Assembly: GCA_003331985.1 (NCBI GenBank)
Contig: QOQK01000003.1
Span: 808-64,807, forward strand
Length of the DNA: 64,000 nt
Direction: 5' to 3'
DNA from: PS1 clade bacterium
GTDB taxonomy: Bacteria; Pseudomonadota; Alphaproteobacteria; RS24
The position numbers and the translations under genes are program-made. How positions within the stretch are numbered: position 1 is the first letter of the stretch; each line of letters begins with the position of its first letter. The notes beneath the pieces were generated by a model. That model was not told the DNA's origin, did no database searches, and saw only the letters and a program-made list of their open reading frames with translations. Shown here in pieces: positions 10,179-19,851 of this stretch.

Positions 10179-10597
10179 TGGCCGGTAAGAAAAATACATT
10201 TGAGAGGCTGGCTCTCAAAGAGCGTATTGAGATGACGAAGAAAGCACGCGATATGAAACTTCTCCATGAGGAGTTGAAGCATACAGAATTGATGAAACAA
10301 CAAATTGACGATGCGCTGGCGCAGACACCTAAGAATACAGCAGCGACCACAGGCAATGAATTGAAATCCGGTAACTGGTTTGTCGAAAAAATTCTTGAGC
10401 AACGCACTACCGTTCAAAATAAATGTGATTTTCTTCAAAGTGAAGTGACTGCGGCAAGAGAAAAATTATCCGCCGCCCGTCGTCGACATGCAAAGGCATC
10501 GGATAAGGCGTCCGAACGTCAGAAAGAAATTATGCTTGAAAAAGAAAATAAGAGAGAAGATGATTTGCCGAAAAGAAATATTATTCGTAACGCATAA
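10175..10597 (+). CDS. fliJ: Flagellar export protein FliJ
   Basis: 140-aa coiled-coil protein directly after fliI. Confidence 0.7.
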   Translation: MMAGKKNTFERLALKERIEMTKKARDMKLLHEELKHTELMKQQIDDALAQTPKNTAATTGNELKSGNWFVEKILEQRTTVQNKCDFLQSEVTAAREKLSAARRRHAKASDKASERQKEIMLEKENKREDDLPKRNIIRNA

Positions 10598-10613
10598 TGG
10601 CATTATTTTTGCA
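10598..10613 (+). promoter_or_regulatory. Sigma54 promoter of fliKLMN
   Basis: TGGCATTATTTTTGCA. Confidence 0.85.
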
Positions 10614-10649
10614 ATTAAAGCCTCGTGAAGAACTAATTACGAGGCTTTC

Positions 10650-12221
10650 GTGGTTCAAATTGACTCCAAAATCCCTGTAGGGACTGAAAACAAACCTGTC
10701 GGTGATGCCCAGAAATCTGCGCATACGTCATCTGGCGGGCTGTTTGAAATGCTTTTTTCAGGACTTTCAATTCCGGAGAGTGAAGCCGGTGAAACATTGC
10801 ATTTATCCGAAGAGGATTTGCAAAGTTTTTCTGTTTTGACGGGTATCGGATATTTGAACAGCTTCAAAGGTCTAGTCGATAAAACAGACTCCGAAGACAT
10901 TCTGGACTCTGAGACAGAGTTGTTATCGTCAGAAATTTCTGAAGAGATGTCGCTTTTTGGTATCGACATGGATGCGTTAGAACTTTCTTTGACAGGTGAG
11001 AATGATGATCCACTTGCAGGTCTGGCTCAGATTTTTGACCCGCTAACACCTACAGGTGCAGGGCTTGGCATATTATCGGACGGAGCTAAAGGAAGCGGTC
11101 TTCAACAGGTTTTGGTCTCCCCCAAAGGCCTTCCCTCCGGCCTCTTATCCGGTACTTTTAATGTGCCGGATTTGGGTCAGGGTGGAATGAACAATTTACC
11201 GGGTAATGTTGTGGGCACAGGTTCTACAACGCTTGCCGGATCGCTTGGTGGAAATGTGACCATGAATGGCATGTCTTTGCAGGGTGATGTTCCTCAACTT
11301 CTTTTAGGTGAAAATGTTCTTAAACCATTTTCTGCTTCCGATATGGCAGCTCTCACGGATGAAGAAAATCCGGATATTCTAATTCGCCGTGTCATGGATG
11401 GTATGAAAAATAATATCGAATTTGATGTTGAGACTTATGGAAATAAACCCGGTATGAAAAACGATGTCGGTGACTTGCAAAACATGCTGATGCGCGGCAC
11501 ATCGCCGATAGCTAATCAGTCGGGGCAGATGTTGGTGATGCAAAATCAGGCGCTTCAGGCCGCCTCACAATTGACAACAGCCGGTCAGATTGAGACCACC
11601 GAAGAGGCACGTTCAGTTTTGAGAGACGCATCTTCAGGTCAAGCGGGAAGCATTTCGGGTCAAACAGGCGCGACTGCAACGGGAAGTTTCTCAGGGGGTA
11701 ACTCCGGGCAGGGGAGTTTGGCTCAACAGAATGCTTTCTTACCCACAGGAGCGCAAGTTTCTGCTAAAGGCGAGCTGGATTTGATGCAGGATAAGTGGAC
11801 AAAGACTCTTGCTGAAAGAATCGAAAAATCCCTTCGTGATGGTCAGCAAGAAATCGATTTAATTCTAAAGCCTAAAAATCTTGGTAAACTGAATTTACGT
11901 TTGGCGATTAATAACCAATCATTGAATGTACAAATTCAAGCCGATAATCAGCATGTCGTATCATTGCTTCAAGATTCAGAGCCCCGATTGATGCAAATGC
12001 TTGACGGTAGCGGTTTTAAAAGCGCACAACTTGCGTTTACTTCTGGCTTTGGAAATGCCCCCGGTTTCGGTAATCGCCAAAATCAGTCACAACAACAGGA
12101 TGAAAGAATTGCCAACACATCGCAAAACGGGCTGGTCAAATCATCCGAGGAAAATATAATGGTCGGAGCAAAAAGCCGGTCATCGGATCATGTTAAAACA
12201 GGCGTTGATGTCATCGCCTGA
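10650..12221 (+). CDS. fliK: Hook-length control protein FliK
   Basis: Low-complexity N-terminus and C-terminal LILKPKNLGKLNLRL T3S4 domain; upstream of fliL. Confidence 0.88.
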   Translation: MVQIDSKIPVGTENKPVGDAQKSAHTSSGGLFEMLFSGLSIPESEAGETLHLSEEDLQSFSVLTGIGYLNSFKGLVDKTDSEDILDSETELLSSEISEEMSLFGIDMDALELSLTGENDDPLAGLAQIFDPLTPTGAGLGILSDGAKGSGLQQVLVSPKGLPSGLLSGTFNVPDLGQGGMNNLPGNVVGTGSTTLAGSLGGNVTMNGMSLQGDVPQLLLGENVLKPFSASDMAALTDEENPDILIRRVMDGMKNNIEFDVETYGNKPGMKNDVGDLQNMLMRGTSPIANQSGQMLVMQNQALQAASQLTTAGQIETTEEARSVLRDASSGQAGSISGQTGATATGSFSGGNSGQGSLAQQNAFLPTGAQVSAKGELDLMQDKWTKTLAERIEKSLRDGQQEIDLILKPKNLGKLNLRLAINNQSLNVQIQADNQHVVSLLQDSEPRLMQMLDGSGFKSAQLAFTSGFGNAPGFGNRQNQSQQQDERIANTSQNGLVKSSEENIMVGAKSRSSDHVKTGVDVIA

Positions 12222-12242
12222 TGTTGAGTTGAGGATAAGAGT

Positions 12243-12860
12243 ATGTCTGAAGAAAATTCTGAAGAACAAAGTGGTGGTCTGGTCAAGATCTTACTTTTTG
12301 CCGGTGGCGGGGTGCTATTGCTCCTCATCGGTCTTGGCATTGGCTTTTTTGTTTTTGGCGGTCAACCTGCCGACCCCTCAGAGGAAATTGAACGTATTAT
12401 TGAACGTTCCGACCCTGAAGCTGCTGCACGGGCAAAGGCTGAAGCGGAAGCTGACGCTGCTGCAGACCCTGAAGTCGGTGAGGATGGTGAACTGCTAGGT
12501 CCACCACAAAAGATTGTAAAAATTTCTCCAGATGTCGAAATATTCCAAACCACTTATTATGAATTCACTGGAACGTTGACGACTAACTTGAAGAATTCGC
12601 GTAAATTCCTCCAAGTCGGTATTGGTGTTTCGACTCAATATGACGAAACAGTAATGGAAAATGTCGACTCGCATCAACTTGCTTTAAGGTCTGAAATGCT
12701 CGGTGTACTCTCCGGTTTTTCCGTTGAGCAACTCCAAGATAAAGATGGCCGTCAAGCTCTTCTTGACCAGCTTCGTGATGTTATGAATGCTAAGCTAGAA
12801 GAACTTGAAGGTTTTGGTGGCGTTGAGGGTGTTCACTTTACATCCTTTGTGGTGCAGTAA
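12243..12860 (+). CDS. fliL: Flagellar protein FliL
   Basis: N-terminal TM, TTNLKNSRKFLQV, and C-terminal GVHFTSFVVQ. Confidence 0.93.
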   Translation: MSEENSEEQSGGLVKILLFAGGGVLLLLIGLGIGFFVFGGQPADPSEEIERIIERSDPEAAARAKAEAEADAAADPEVGEDGELLGPPQKIVKISPDVEIFQTTYYEFTGTLTTNLKNSRKFLQVGIGVSTQYDETVMENVDSHQLALRSEMLGVLSGFSVEQLQDKDGRQALLDQLRDVMNAKLEELEGFGGVEGVHFTSFVVQ

Positions 12861-12875
12861 GGATTAGGAATTGTA

Positions 12876-13865
12876 ATGGTCGCGTCACGCAAACTCTCAA
12901 CTGACGAAGTCAACGCTCTACTTGATGGGCTGGAAGCTTCTACAAGCTCGCAAGGTGGTCCCAGTGTTGACCTTGCCGAGAGCATTGATGTGCGCCAGTT
13001 TTCCTTCGGATCTGACGACTTATCTGTGTTGGGTGATTATCATGCCCTTCGTATGATAAATGAACGTTTTGCCCGTTTTTCACGTACCGTTTTTCTGCCG
13101 ATGCTTCGTATTCAGCCGCGCATATCGTCCTTTCCACCAGAAGTGAAAACTTTTGATGAATACACTTCAGAGATTGACAATTTTATGAGCCTCACAACAG
13201 TTCGTATTGAGGAGCTACGCGGCTCAATGTTGATGGTCTTTGACCCAGGCTTTATCTCGAAACTGACAGACTCCTATTATGGCGGAACGCTGACGAAGTC
13301 CTCGAATGCAAAAGCTGAATTCACAGCCACTGAAGATCGATTGATTGAAATATTGACCCGCGGTCTCAATGGGGTTTTGGAAACCTCTTGGCGTGATTTG
13401 ATGCCTGTAACCTTTAAGGAGCAAGGTCGCGAAGTTAATCCGCAATTTGCTTCTTTTGTTGATGGTACGGATACAGTCATTATTTGTAGCTTTGTCGTTC
13501 AGCTTCCTAATATTGATCCGGCAACGTTCCAGATTATCTACCCGCTCCAAACGCTCAAGCCGATTGCATCACAATTGCGCTCACGTATTCAGTCTGAAAT
13601 TATTGATGATGATGTAACATGGCGCGACAGGCTGGAACGCGCCGTGCTGGATATTCCGCTTCTGGTGGATGTTCTGTTAGCCGAGCCAAAAATTGCACTG
13701 AGCAATTTGATTCATATTAAGCCGGGTGATGTTTTACCCGTCCAACTTGCCGAATCTGTTGATATTCGGCTTGAAGAAAACCCGTTTTTCGAGGGAGAAA
13801 TGGGCGATGTTGCAGGCCAATTGGCCGTAAATCTGACGAAACGTCTAGATAGTCACAGCGCGTAG
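12876..13865 (+). CDS. fliM: Motor switch protein FliM
   Basis: LSTDEVNALL CheY-binding peptide, INERFAR, YYGG, EFTATE and a SpoA domain. Confidence 0.95.
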   Translation: MVASRKLSTDEVNALLDGLEASTSSQGGPSVDLAESIDVRQFSFGSDDLSVLGDYHALRMINERFARFSRTVFLPMLRIQPRISSFPPEVKTFDEYTSEIDNFMSLTTVRIEELRGSMLMVFDPGFISKLTDSYYGGTLTKSSNAKAEFTATEDRLIEILTRGLNGVLETSWRDLMPVTFKEQGREVNPQFASFVDGTDTVIICSFVVQLPNIDPATFQIIYPLQTLKPIASQLRSRIQSEIIDDDVTWRDRLERAVLDIPLLVDVLLAEPKIALSNLIHIKPGDVLPVQLAESVDIRLEENPFFEGEMGDVAGQLAVNLTKRLDSHSA

Positions 13866-13877
13866 AAAGGCAGAAAA

Positions 13878-14270
13878 ATGTCAGAAACAGATCAAGATAC
13901 AATCGAAGAGCAGGATACAGACGCCACTGAAAATGTGGATACGGCAACTGATGCCGGTCCGGCTATGAGCGAAGAGGCACCCGCACCCGCACCAAAAACT
14001 GAAAAAGTGAGTGTCGAAAATCTGCGTGTTCTGGAGAATATTGAGGTCAATCTAACGGTTGTTGTTGGCGGTACAGAACTTAAAATTCGTGATTTATTGC
14101 GCCTGAATGAGGGTTCCGTTATTGAACTTGACCGCCTTGCCGGTGATCCCCTTGATATTCTTGCTAATGGTATTGTTATTGCTAAGGGTGAAGTGGTGAT
14201 GATTGGTGAGCGTTTTGGTATCCGCTTTACTGAGATTGTTGACCCTGAAAAACGTGTCGAAAACCTCTAA
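13878..14270 (+). CDS. fliN: Motor switch protein FliN
   Basis: GSVIELDRLAGDPLDILANG and KGEVV...FGIR. Confidence 0.97.
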   Translation: MSETDQDTIEEQDTDATENVDTATDAGPAMSEEAPAPAPKTEKVSVENLRVLENIEVNLTVVVGGTELKIRDLLRLNEGSVIELDRLAGDPLDILANGIVIAKGEVVMIGERFGIRFTEIVDPEKRVENL

Positions 14271-14272
14271 TC

Positions 14273-14405
14273 GTCGATAATTTGACACATACAAGGCTTA
14301 ATAAAGGCCAGTGTCAAATTATAGCTTCAAAAATTTTTAAAAAAATCCAATAAAATCAATTAGTTGCAATGTCTCTTTGCGAGTCAGTTTGGCACGCCTT
14401 TTGCC
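14273..14405 (+). promoter_or_regulatory. fliO promoter: FleQ-type box, IHF site and sigma54 -24/-12
   Basis: GTC-GATAATTT-GAC at 14273-14286; AATCAA-TTAG-TTG (IHF WATCAA-N4-TTR) at 14354-14366; TGGCACGCCTTTTGCC at 14390-14405. Confidence 0.85.
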
Positions 14406-14436
14406 TATTAGTTCTTAACTAAGGCAGGAGGCGTTT

Positions 14437-14826
14437 ATGGCAGTTCAAGGTGTTCAACCGTTCCAAATGTTTATCATGGTGGTATTTTTAGCTGCGCTGG
14501 TGACTATCTGGTTGATTGTTAAACAATATAGCGGGCGTATCCGCAATAAGCTGCATGCTGATCGTCGTATTGAAGTCATGCAGGAAATGTCGCTTGGCAC
14601 TCATGAGAGTCTACGGATTATCCGTGTGGACCGTCAGGAATTTATTCTCCATGCCGGCAAAAATGCCCCAGCCAGTCTTCATCCCATAAATAGTGAGCTT
14701 GTCACGCAATCGCATCCTCGACAAACCGGAATTGAAAGTATTCTGTCACCCTCTAATCAGCAGGTACCTGCACAGGAAGAAGACATTCCAGCCTTTCTGC
14801 TTAAAAAGAAAATGAGAGGCAGATAA
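14437..14826 (+). CDS. fliO: Flagellar biosynthesis protein FliO
   Basis: N-terminal TM, then IEVMQEMSLGTHESLRIIRVD; precedes fliP. Confidence 0.8.
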   Translation: MAVQGVQPFQMFIMVVFLAALVTIWLIVKQYSGRIRNKLHADRRIEVMQEMSLGTHESLRIIRVDRQEFILHAGKNAPASLHPINSELVTQSHPRQTGIESILSPSNQQVPAQEEDIPAFLLKKKMRGR

Positions 14827-15605
14827 TGCGCCAGATAACTCACATGCCATTTTATATTTTTACATTAATTTGTGTCGGTTTAATCCCAACTCCGGTTCTT
14901 GCACAGGGTGCTGCTGCCCTTGTTGAGGGTTTGCCGGCTTTAAGCGTTAGCTCTGACCAAGATGGACAGACGACTTATTCGTTGTCTTTACAAATTCTGG
15001 CGCTGATGACTGCCCTGACGGTTCTTCCGTCTCTTGTTTTGGGCATGACCTCGTTCACGCGGATTATTATTGTGCTTTCCATTCTCCGTCAGGCGATGGG
15101 GACGCAACAGACTCCACCTAACCAGGTGCTTATTGCCATTGCGCTGTTTTTGAGTTTCTTCATCATGACGCCGACGTTCAATATGATGAATGAGCAGGTG
15201 CTCACGCCTTATCTGGATGGTCAGATGCCTGCAGAGACGGCGCTGGAGGACGGTTCGACCATTATGAAAAAATTTATGGTTCGGAATACGCGTAAAGATG
15301 ATTTGACAATGTTTGCCGAAATGGCTGGCGAGTCCGGCTATGAAACACAAGCCGATGTACCTTTTTCAATTGTTTTGCCTGCTTTTATTACCTCGGAATT
15401 AAAAACGGCTTTCCAGATTGGCTTTCTACTTTTCCTGCCGTTTCTGGTTATTGATATGGTTATTGCTTCCATTCTGATGTCGCTGGGTATGATGATGTTA
15501 AGTCCCATGCTCGTGGCGTTGCCATTTAAATTATTGCTGTTTGTTCTGGTAGATGGCTGGTCCATGACGGTTGAAGCTTTGGTTGCCGCCTATTCGGGGG
15601 TTTAG
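14826..15605 (+). CDS. fliP: Export gate protein FliP
   Basis: MTSFTRIIIVLSILRQAMG, PAFITSELKTAFQIG and PFKLLLFVLVDGW. Confidence 0.98.
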   Translation: MRQITHMPFYIFTLICVGLIPTPVLAQGAAALVEGLPALSVSSDQDGQTTYSLSLQILALMTALTVLPSLVLGMTSFTRIIIVLSILRQAMGTQQTPPNQVLIAIALFLSFFIMTPTFNMMNEQVLTPYLDGQMPAETALEDGSTIMKKFMVRNTRKDDLTMFAEMAGESGYETQADVPFSIVLPAFITSELKTAFQIGFLLFLPFLVIDMVIASILMSLGMMMLSPMLVALPFKLLLFVLVDGWSMTVEALVAAYSGV

Positions 15606-15613
15606 GAGTTATT

Positions 15614-15880
15614 ATGGGATTTGATGCAAATGTAGAAATTCTGCGCATGGCCTTCTGGCAGATAATTTTAGCAGCCGGGCCTGTTCTGGCAATTGCCCTG
15701 GCTGTGGGTTTGGTTATCGGTATTATTCAGGCCGCGACCTCCATTAATGAAATGACCCTAAGTTTTGTGCCAAAGCTGATTATTGTGATTGTAAGTTTTG
15801 CCCTGCTGGCGAATTTTATGCTTATCCGTCTCAGTGATTATTTTGCCTTTATCTTTGATCGGATCAGTACGCTTGGTTAA
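15614..15880 (+). CDS. fliQ: Export gate protein FliQ
   Basis: QAATSINEMTLSFVPK. Confidence 0.97.
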   Translation: MGFDANVEILRMAFWQIILAAGPVLAIALAVGLVIGIIQAATSINEMTLSFVPKLIIVIVSFALLANFMLIRLSDYFAFIFDRISTLG

Positions 15881-15883
15881 ATC

Positions 15884-16702
15884 ATGGACACGCTGGTAGC
15901 TTCAAATCTGCCGGGCATGCCCGGTATCGATCTTCAAAACTTGATGGGATGGCTTGCCCGCTATTTCATTGTTAGCATTCGTATGGCTGCCTTTTTTCTT
16001 GCCGCACCGTTTTTTGGCGCTCGTTATATTTCTCCAACTATTCGCATAGTGCTTGCGATGGTAGTGGCGATGTTTGTGTTTCCAAGAGTGGATGTACCGT
16101 CTGCAGACATAATTATTTCCGGCCATGGTTTGATGATGATTATGGCTGAACTGGTTTTTGGCCTGGGATGCGGGTTAATCCTCTATATATGGTTTACGGC
16201 AGCTGCTTTGGCGGGTGAAAAAATTGCCACAAGTGCCGGCCTTGGCTTTGCCACCCAAATGGACCCCAATACCAGTGGTCAGACGCCTGTTGTGTCACAG
16301 ATTTTAACTCTGTTTTTGACAGTTATCTTTTTATCTCTCAATGGTCATCTGGTGGTGATTGGGATGATGCTTGACTCCTATCAGCGGTTTCCTGTCGGTG
16401 GCATGGGAGATATTTCTATGATCATAGAAGGGGGTATTTCTGCTGCCGGTTATATGTTTTTGACAGCGACCATGATTATGATGCCGGTCGTGACGCTGTT
16501 GCTGATGATTAACATCACCATTGGTATAATCACGCGCTCTGCGCCTCAATTGAATTTATTTTCTTTTGGTTTCCCAATTTCGCTGTTGGGTGTGTTTGTT
16601 ATTTTGTTTTTATCAACGACTAATCTTGGATACGCCTTTTCTGACCTCGTGCAGGAAATATTGAACCATTTCGAAATTATGATGGAGGGCGGGAATGGCT
16701 GA
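15884..16702 (+). CDS. fliR: Export gate protein FliR
   Basis: GLGFATQMDP, NGHL and RSAPQLNLFSFGFP. Confidence 0.96.
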   Translation: MDTLVASNLPGMPGIDLQNLMGWLARYFIVSIRMAAFFLAAPFFGARYISPTIRIVLAMVVAMFVFPRVDVPSADIIISGHGLMMIMAELVFGLGCGLILYIWFTAAALAGEKIATSAGLGFATQMDPNTSGQTPVVSQILTLFLTVIFLSLNGHLVVIGMMLDSYQRFPVGGMGDISMIIEGGISAAGYMFLTATMIMMPVVTLLLMINITIGIITRSAPQLNLFSFGFPISLLGVFVILFLSTTNLGYAFSDLVQEILNHFEIMMEGGNG

Positions 16703-17855
16703 AAATAATTCAGATGATGCCCAGGAGAAAACCGAGGAACCGACCCAGCGGCGGATAGACAAGGCTAAAGAAGACGGTCAGATTTTGACCTCCAAAGAAG
16801 TTTTTGTGTTCGCCAATATTTCAATGGGATTACTGGTGATGTTGGTGACCATCAGCTATGGCGGCTCAGGGCTTTCAAGTTGGTCAACGCTTTTCAGGTT
16901 GGACACGGTTGATAAGCTGGATGACCTTATTGCCAGCAAATTGATGGATAGTCTGTGGCTATTATTTCAATCTTCTATGCTTGTCGGTGTGCCGATTGTG
17001 ATTGTGAATTTATTAACTCAGGCCGCAGTAGGTGGGCTGAATTTTGCGCCCAAAGCGATGAAATTCAAGGGCAACAGAATTAATCCCATTTCCGGTCTTA
17101 AGCGCATGTTCTCTATGAAAGCGCTTGTTGAATTGGGGAAATCGATTCTGAAAGTCGTTTTGTTATTTGGTATTGCCACGGCGATTATGTTTCAAATTAT
17201 GCCGGGGGTTTTGAATTTCCCGTCTCTGACCTTACCAAAAATGCTCGAGGTCATGCGCTATGTCATTCCTTTACTTATTGGCGCTTTGTTGGTGGTGCTG
17301 GCGATTATCGCTGCTATTGATTATTTCTGGCAACGCTACACGCATATTAAGCAATTGCGTATGTCGCGTCAGGATTTGAAGGATGAATTTAAGCAGACCG
17401 AAGGTTCGCCCGAAGTAAAAGCTAAAATCAGACGCATGCAAGCCGAAACAGCCACCCGCGGCGCCCAACAAAGAGAGGCGCTGGATGATGTTGCCAATGC
17501 GACGGCAGTGATTACCAACCCGACTCATTTTGCTGTGGCACTGAGATATGAGGTAGGTGATCAGGCTGCACCGGTTATTCTAGCTATGGGTCGCGGGATT
17601 ATAGCGCAACAAATTATCGAGCGTGCTGAAACTGCTCAAGTCAGTGTCTTCCGAAGTCCTATTCTAGCTAGAGCCCTTTATTTTTCCGGCGATATTGGTG
17701 CAGAAATTTCTCAAAGCTTGTATAATGCCGTTGCTGTTGTTCTGGCCTATCTTTATCGGCTTGAGAAGGGTGAAGCCCTGCAATTGCCGGATGTCGACGT
17801 ACCGGAAGATATGCAGTTCAATGAATTTGGTAAGTTGCTGAGTGAGGATACATAA
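16695..17855 (+). CDS. flhB: Export switch protein FlhB
   Basis: EKTEEPT, EGSPEVK and the NPTH autocleavage motif. Confidence 0.97.
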   Translation: MAENNSDDAQEKTEEPTQRRIDKAKEDGQILTSKEVFVFANISMGLLVMLVTISYGGSGLSSWSTLFRLDTVDKLDDLIASKLMDSLWLLFQSSMLVGVPIVIVNLLTQAAVGGLNFAPKAMKFKGNRINPISGLKRMFSMKALVELGKSILKVVLLFGIATAIMFQIMPGVLNFPSLTLPKMLEVMRYVIPLLIGALLVVLAIIAAIDYFWQRYTHIKQLRMSRQDLKDEFKQTEGSPEVKAKIRRMQAETATRGAQQREALDDVANATAVITNPTHFAVALRYEVGDQAAPVILAMGRGIIAQQIIERAETAQVSVFRSPILARALYFSGDIGAEISQSLYNAVAVVLAYLYRLEKGEALQLPDVDVPEDMQFNEFGKLLSEDT

Positions 17856-18076
17856 TGACCAAACGCCGCCAACATTCGAGCCTAGGTGATATGGTTAGTA
17901 CAGCCGCTTTTTTGGGGATGTCACTTTACCTGCTTCTTGCTGGCTTTGAATTACAGGCCGATGGGCGTCTTATCCCGGCTATTGGAGTTTGGATGGCTGG
18001 AGGACTTTGTTTTGCCGGCAGCATCCGATATCCGATTGCGAAAGTTTATGACCGGATTGAGCGGTTTAGAAAATGA
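17855..18076 (+). CDS. Small membrane protein (2 TM), hypothetical
   Basis: Translationally coupled to flhB (TAATG overlap); two hydrophobic segments. Confidence 0.6.
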   Translation: MTKRRQHSSLGDMVSTAAFLGMSLYLLLAGFELQADGRLIPAIGVWMAGGLCFAGSIRYPIAKVYDRIERFRK

Positions 18077-18294
18077 CTGAAATTGACACCAAAAATAGTT
18101 GTTTTCAGTGTCGTCATTTATTCGTCACCCATGATAAAAATAAGCGGTGGGGATGCCGTAAATTTGGCTTTAAATCTGCTATTTTGCCCGCCCGTGTGGT
18201 TTTATCGACAAGTGGCATGAAATGTGCAAGTTTTCAGAATAGGTCTTCAGGCGACAAAACCACCAATGTACGGAGTAAAGGTAGATTTGCATGA
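18073..18294 (+). CDS. Small Cys-rich protein (CxxCxH...GC...GFKS...SG..C)
   Basis: ATGA overlaps on both sides; four Cys in a conserved-looking pattern. Confidence 0.7.
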   Translation: MTEIDTKNSCFQCRHLFVTHDKNKRWGCRKFGFKSAILPARVVLSTSGMKCASFQNRSSGDKTTNVRSKGRFA

Positions 18295-19022
18295 GTAACA
18301 AGCTGAAACTTGTCCAAGAAGGGGTTAAACTGGCGCTCGATGCTGCTGATGCAGCTGCCGATGTTACCGCCGAGTTTAATAAAGTTAAGTCTCAAAATAT
18401 CGAACTCGTTAATCGGGTATCCGGATTTTATAAGAATTCCTGGATTATTGCTATTTTTGCTATTTTCAGTGCCTTTAGTGCTTTCGGCATGTCCCTGTTT
18501 TTGTATTTCGGCTCAGTATCTGAGCTAGAAACCTTGTCAAAGACAAACCGTCAAGCACTTGTCGTTTTTGCTGAAAATGTTGAGAGTGTTAACAAAACCA
18601 TTACTGAGGCTCAGGGTGTGTTCGATCGTCAGGTAGAAATCATCAATGCCAATAAAGAGATGATGGTTGCCATTCAAAGCCTTTCCGAGGAAGACAAAAA
18701 ATCTCGTGAAGCGTTAGACGCACTCATCACAACAAACGCCCAGAGCATTCTACAAACTCAGATGAAAGTTCAAAAAGAACTGCAGTCTGCTTTGAAGACA
18801 CTTCGTGTTGCACAGGAAAGATCTTCTAAGTCTATTGAGAAAGTTGTTTTGAGCAGCAGTAAGTCTCAAAAAGGCTCTAATAACGCTCCTGTGATAAAAT
18901 CTTTACAAGAAGTCTTGTTATTACAGCAGAATATTAATAAAAAACTGGTCGAACTGGCTGACAGCAACTCTAAACTACTTAAAGAGGTACGCCTGTCCTC
19001 CAGACAGATACAGTATCCATAA
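18291..19022 (+). CDS. MotF-like single-TM coiled-coil motor accessory protein
   Basis: 243 aa, one TM near residues 52-73, then a long coiled coil. Position after flhB matches motF in R. sphaeroides Fla1; homology is inferred from architecture and synteny only. Confidence 0.6.
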   Translation: MSNKLKLVQEGVKLALDAADAAADVTAEFNKVKSQNIELVNRVSGFYKNSWIIAIFAIFSAFSAFGMSLFLYFGSVSELETLSKTNRQALVVFAENVESVNKTITEAQGVFDRQVEIINANKEMMVAIQSLSEEDKKSREALDALITTNAQSILQTQMKVQKELQSALKTLRVAQERSSKSIEKVVLSSSKSQKGSNNAPVIKSLQEVLLLQQNINKKLVELADSNSKLLKEVRLSSRQIQYP

Positions 19023-19037
19023 TGAGTGGTGGCGTTT

Positions 19038-19844
19038 ATGTCAGATCAGCTAGCTGATGACACTTTTACAGAGACACAATCCCTAACTGAAAATGAAGGG
19101 GAGGCAACCGGTCCGGTTGCCAAATCCTTTTTGCGTATTGCCAGCCTTGGTATGCGGTCGGTGGCTACCAGCTATCGTCTTAAGCCGGGCGATGTTATTG
19201 TCTGCCTTGAAGGTGAATTCTTTTTTGGCAATGCTGAGGATTTCGAAGCAGCTCTCGATAAGGACGATACCAAGCTCAGCTTGCTGACTATCTATCGTGA
19301 AGGTGTCTTCTTTGAGGTGCTTGTTTCAGGCGCTCTCAGATGCTCACTTGAGTTTATAGAGGTCGAAAAGGTTAAGGTCATTCGTGAGGCCTTTGACGGG
19401 CATATCATTCACAAGAAGTCTGAATATAGAAATTATGAAGTGCTGCGCGACATTCGTCGTAATTGCGCGATCTATGACACAAGCCCGACGCCGTTGGCCG
19501 GCACATTCCCGCCCCTCTGGTTACTCCAGAACAGGCTTTGGGAGCCGCTCATGGCGATTACACTTGCTTACTTTATCAGCTATGGCGTCAGCTTAACCAT
19601 GTTTGCGCTGACTTACATACTGTCAGCCTTTTATTTCAACCGCGGGCAGATACATGTCCTGAGGAGCTATGCACAGTTCCAAGAAAAACAAATGTGGGTT
19701 GTTGTTGCGACCCGGACTATTCAGGAGGGGCAAATGCTCTGCCGAAAGCTGGACCCGCATTGTAAGTTTGCGTTTAGCCATGTCCCACCCCCCGAGCCAA
19801 TACCGGACCCGGATGATGAGCTGGCGAAAAAAAATTCTAATTAA
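19038..19844 (+). CDS. Hypothetical membrane protein, PDZ-like N-terminus plus DUF2628-like C-terminus
   Basis: RLKPGDVIVCLEG resembles a PDZ motif; FPPLWLLQNRLW followed by TM segments resembles DUF2628. Confidence 0.55.
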   Translation: MSDQLADDTFTETQSLTENEGEATGPVAKSFLRIASLGMRSVATSYRLKPGDVIVCLEGEFFFGNAEDFEAALDKDDTKLSLLTIYREGVFFEVLVSGALRCSLEFIEVEKVKVIREAFDGHIIHKKSEYRNYEVLRDIRRNCAIYDTSPTPLAGTFPPLWLLQNRLWEPLMAITLAYFISYGVSLTMFALTYILSAFYFNRGQIHVLRSYAQFQEKQMWVVVATRTIQEGQMLCRKLDPHCKFAFSHVPPPEPIPDPDDELAKKNSN

Positions 19845-19851
19845 ATGAAGC

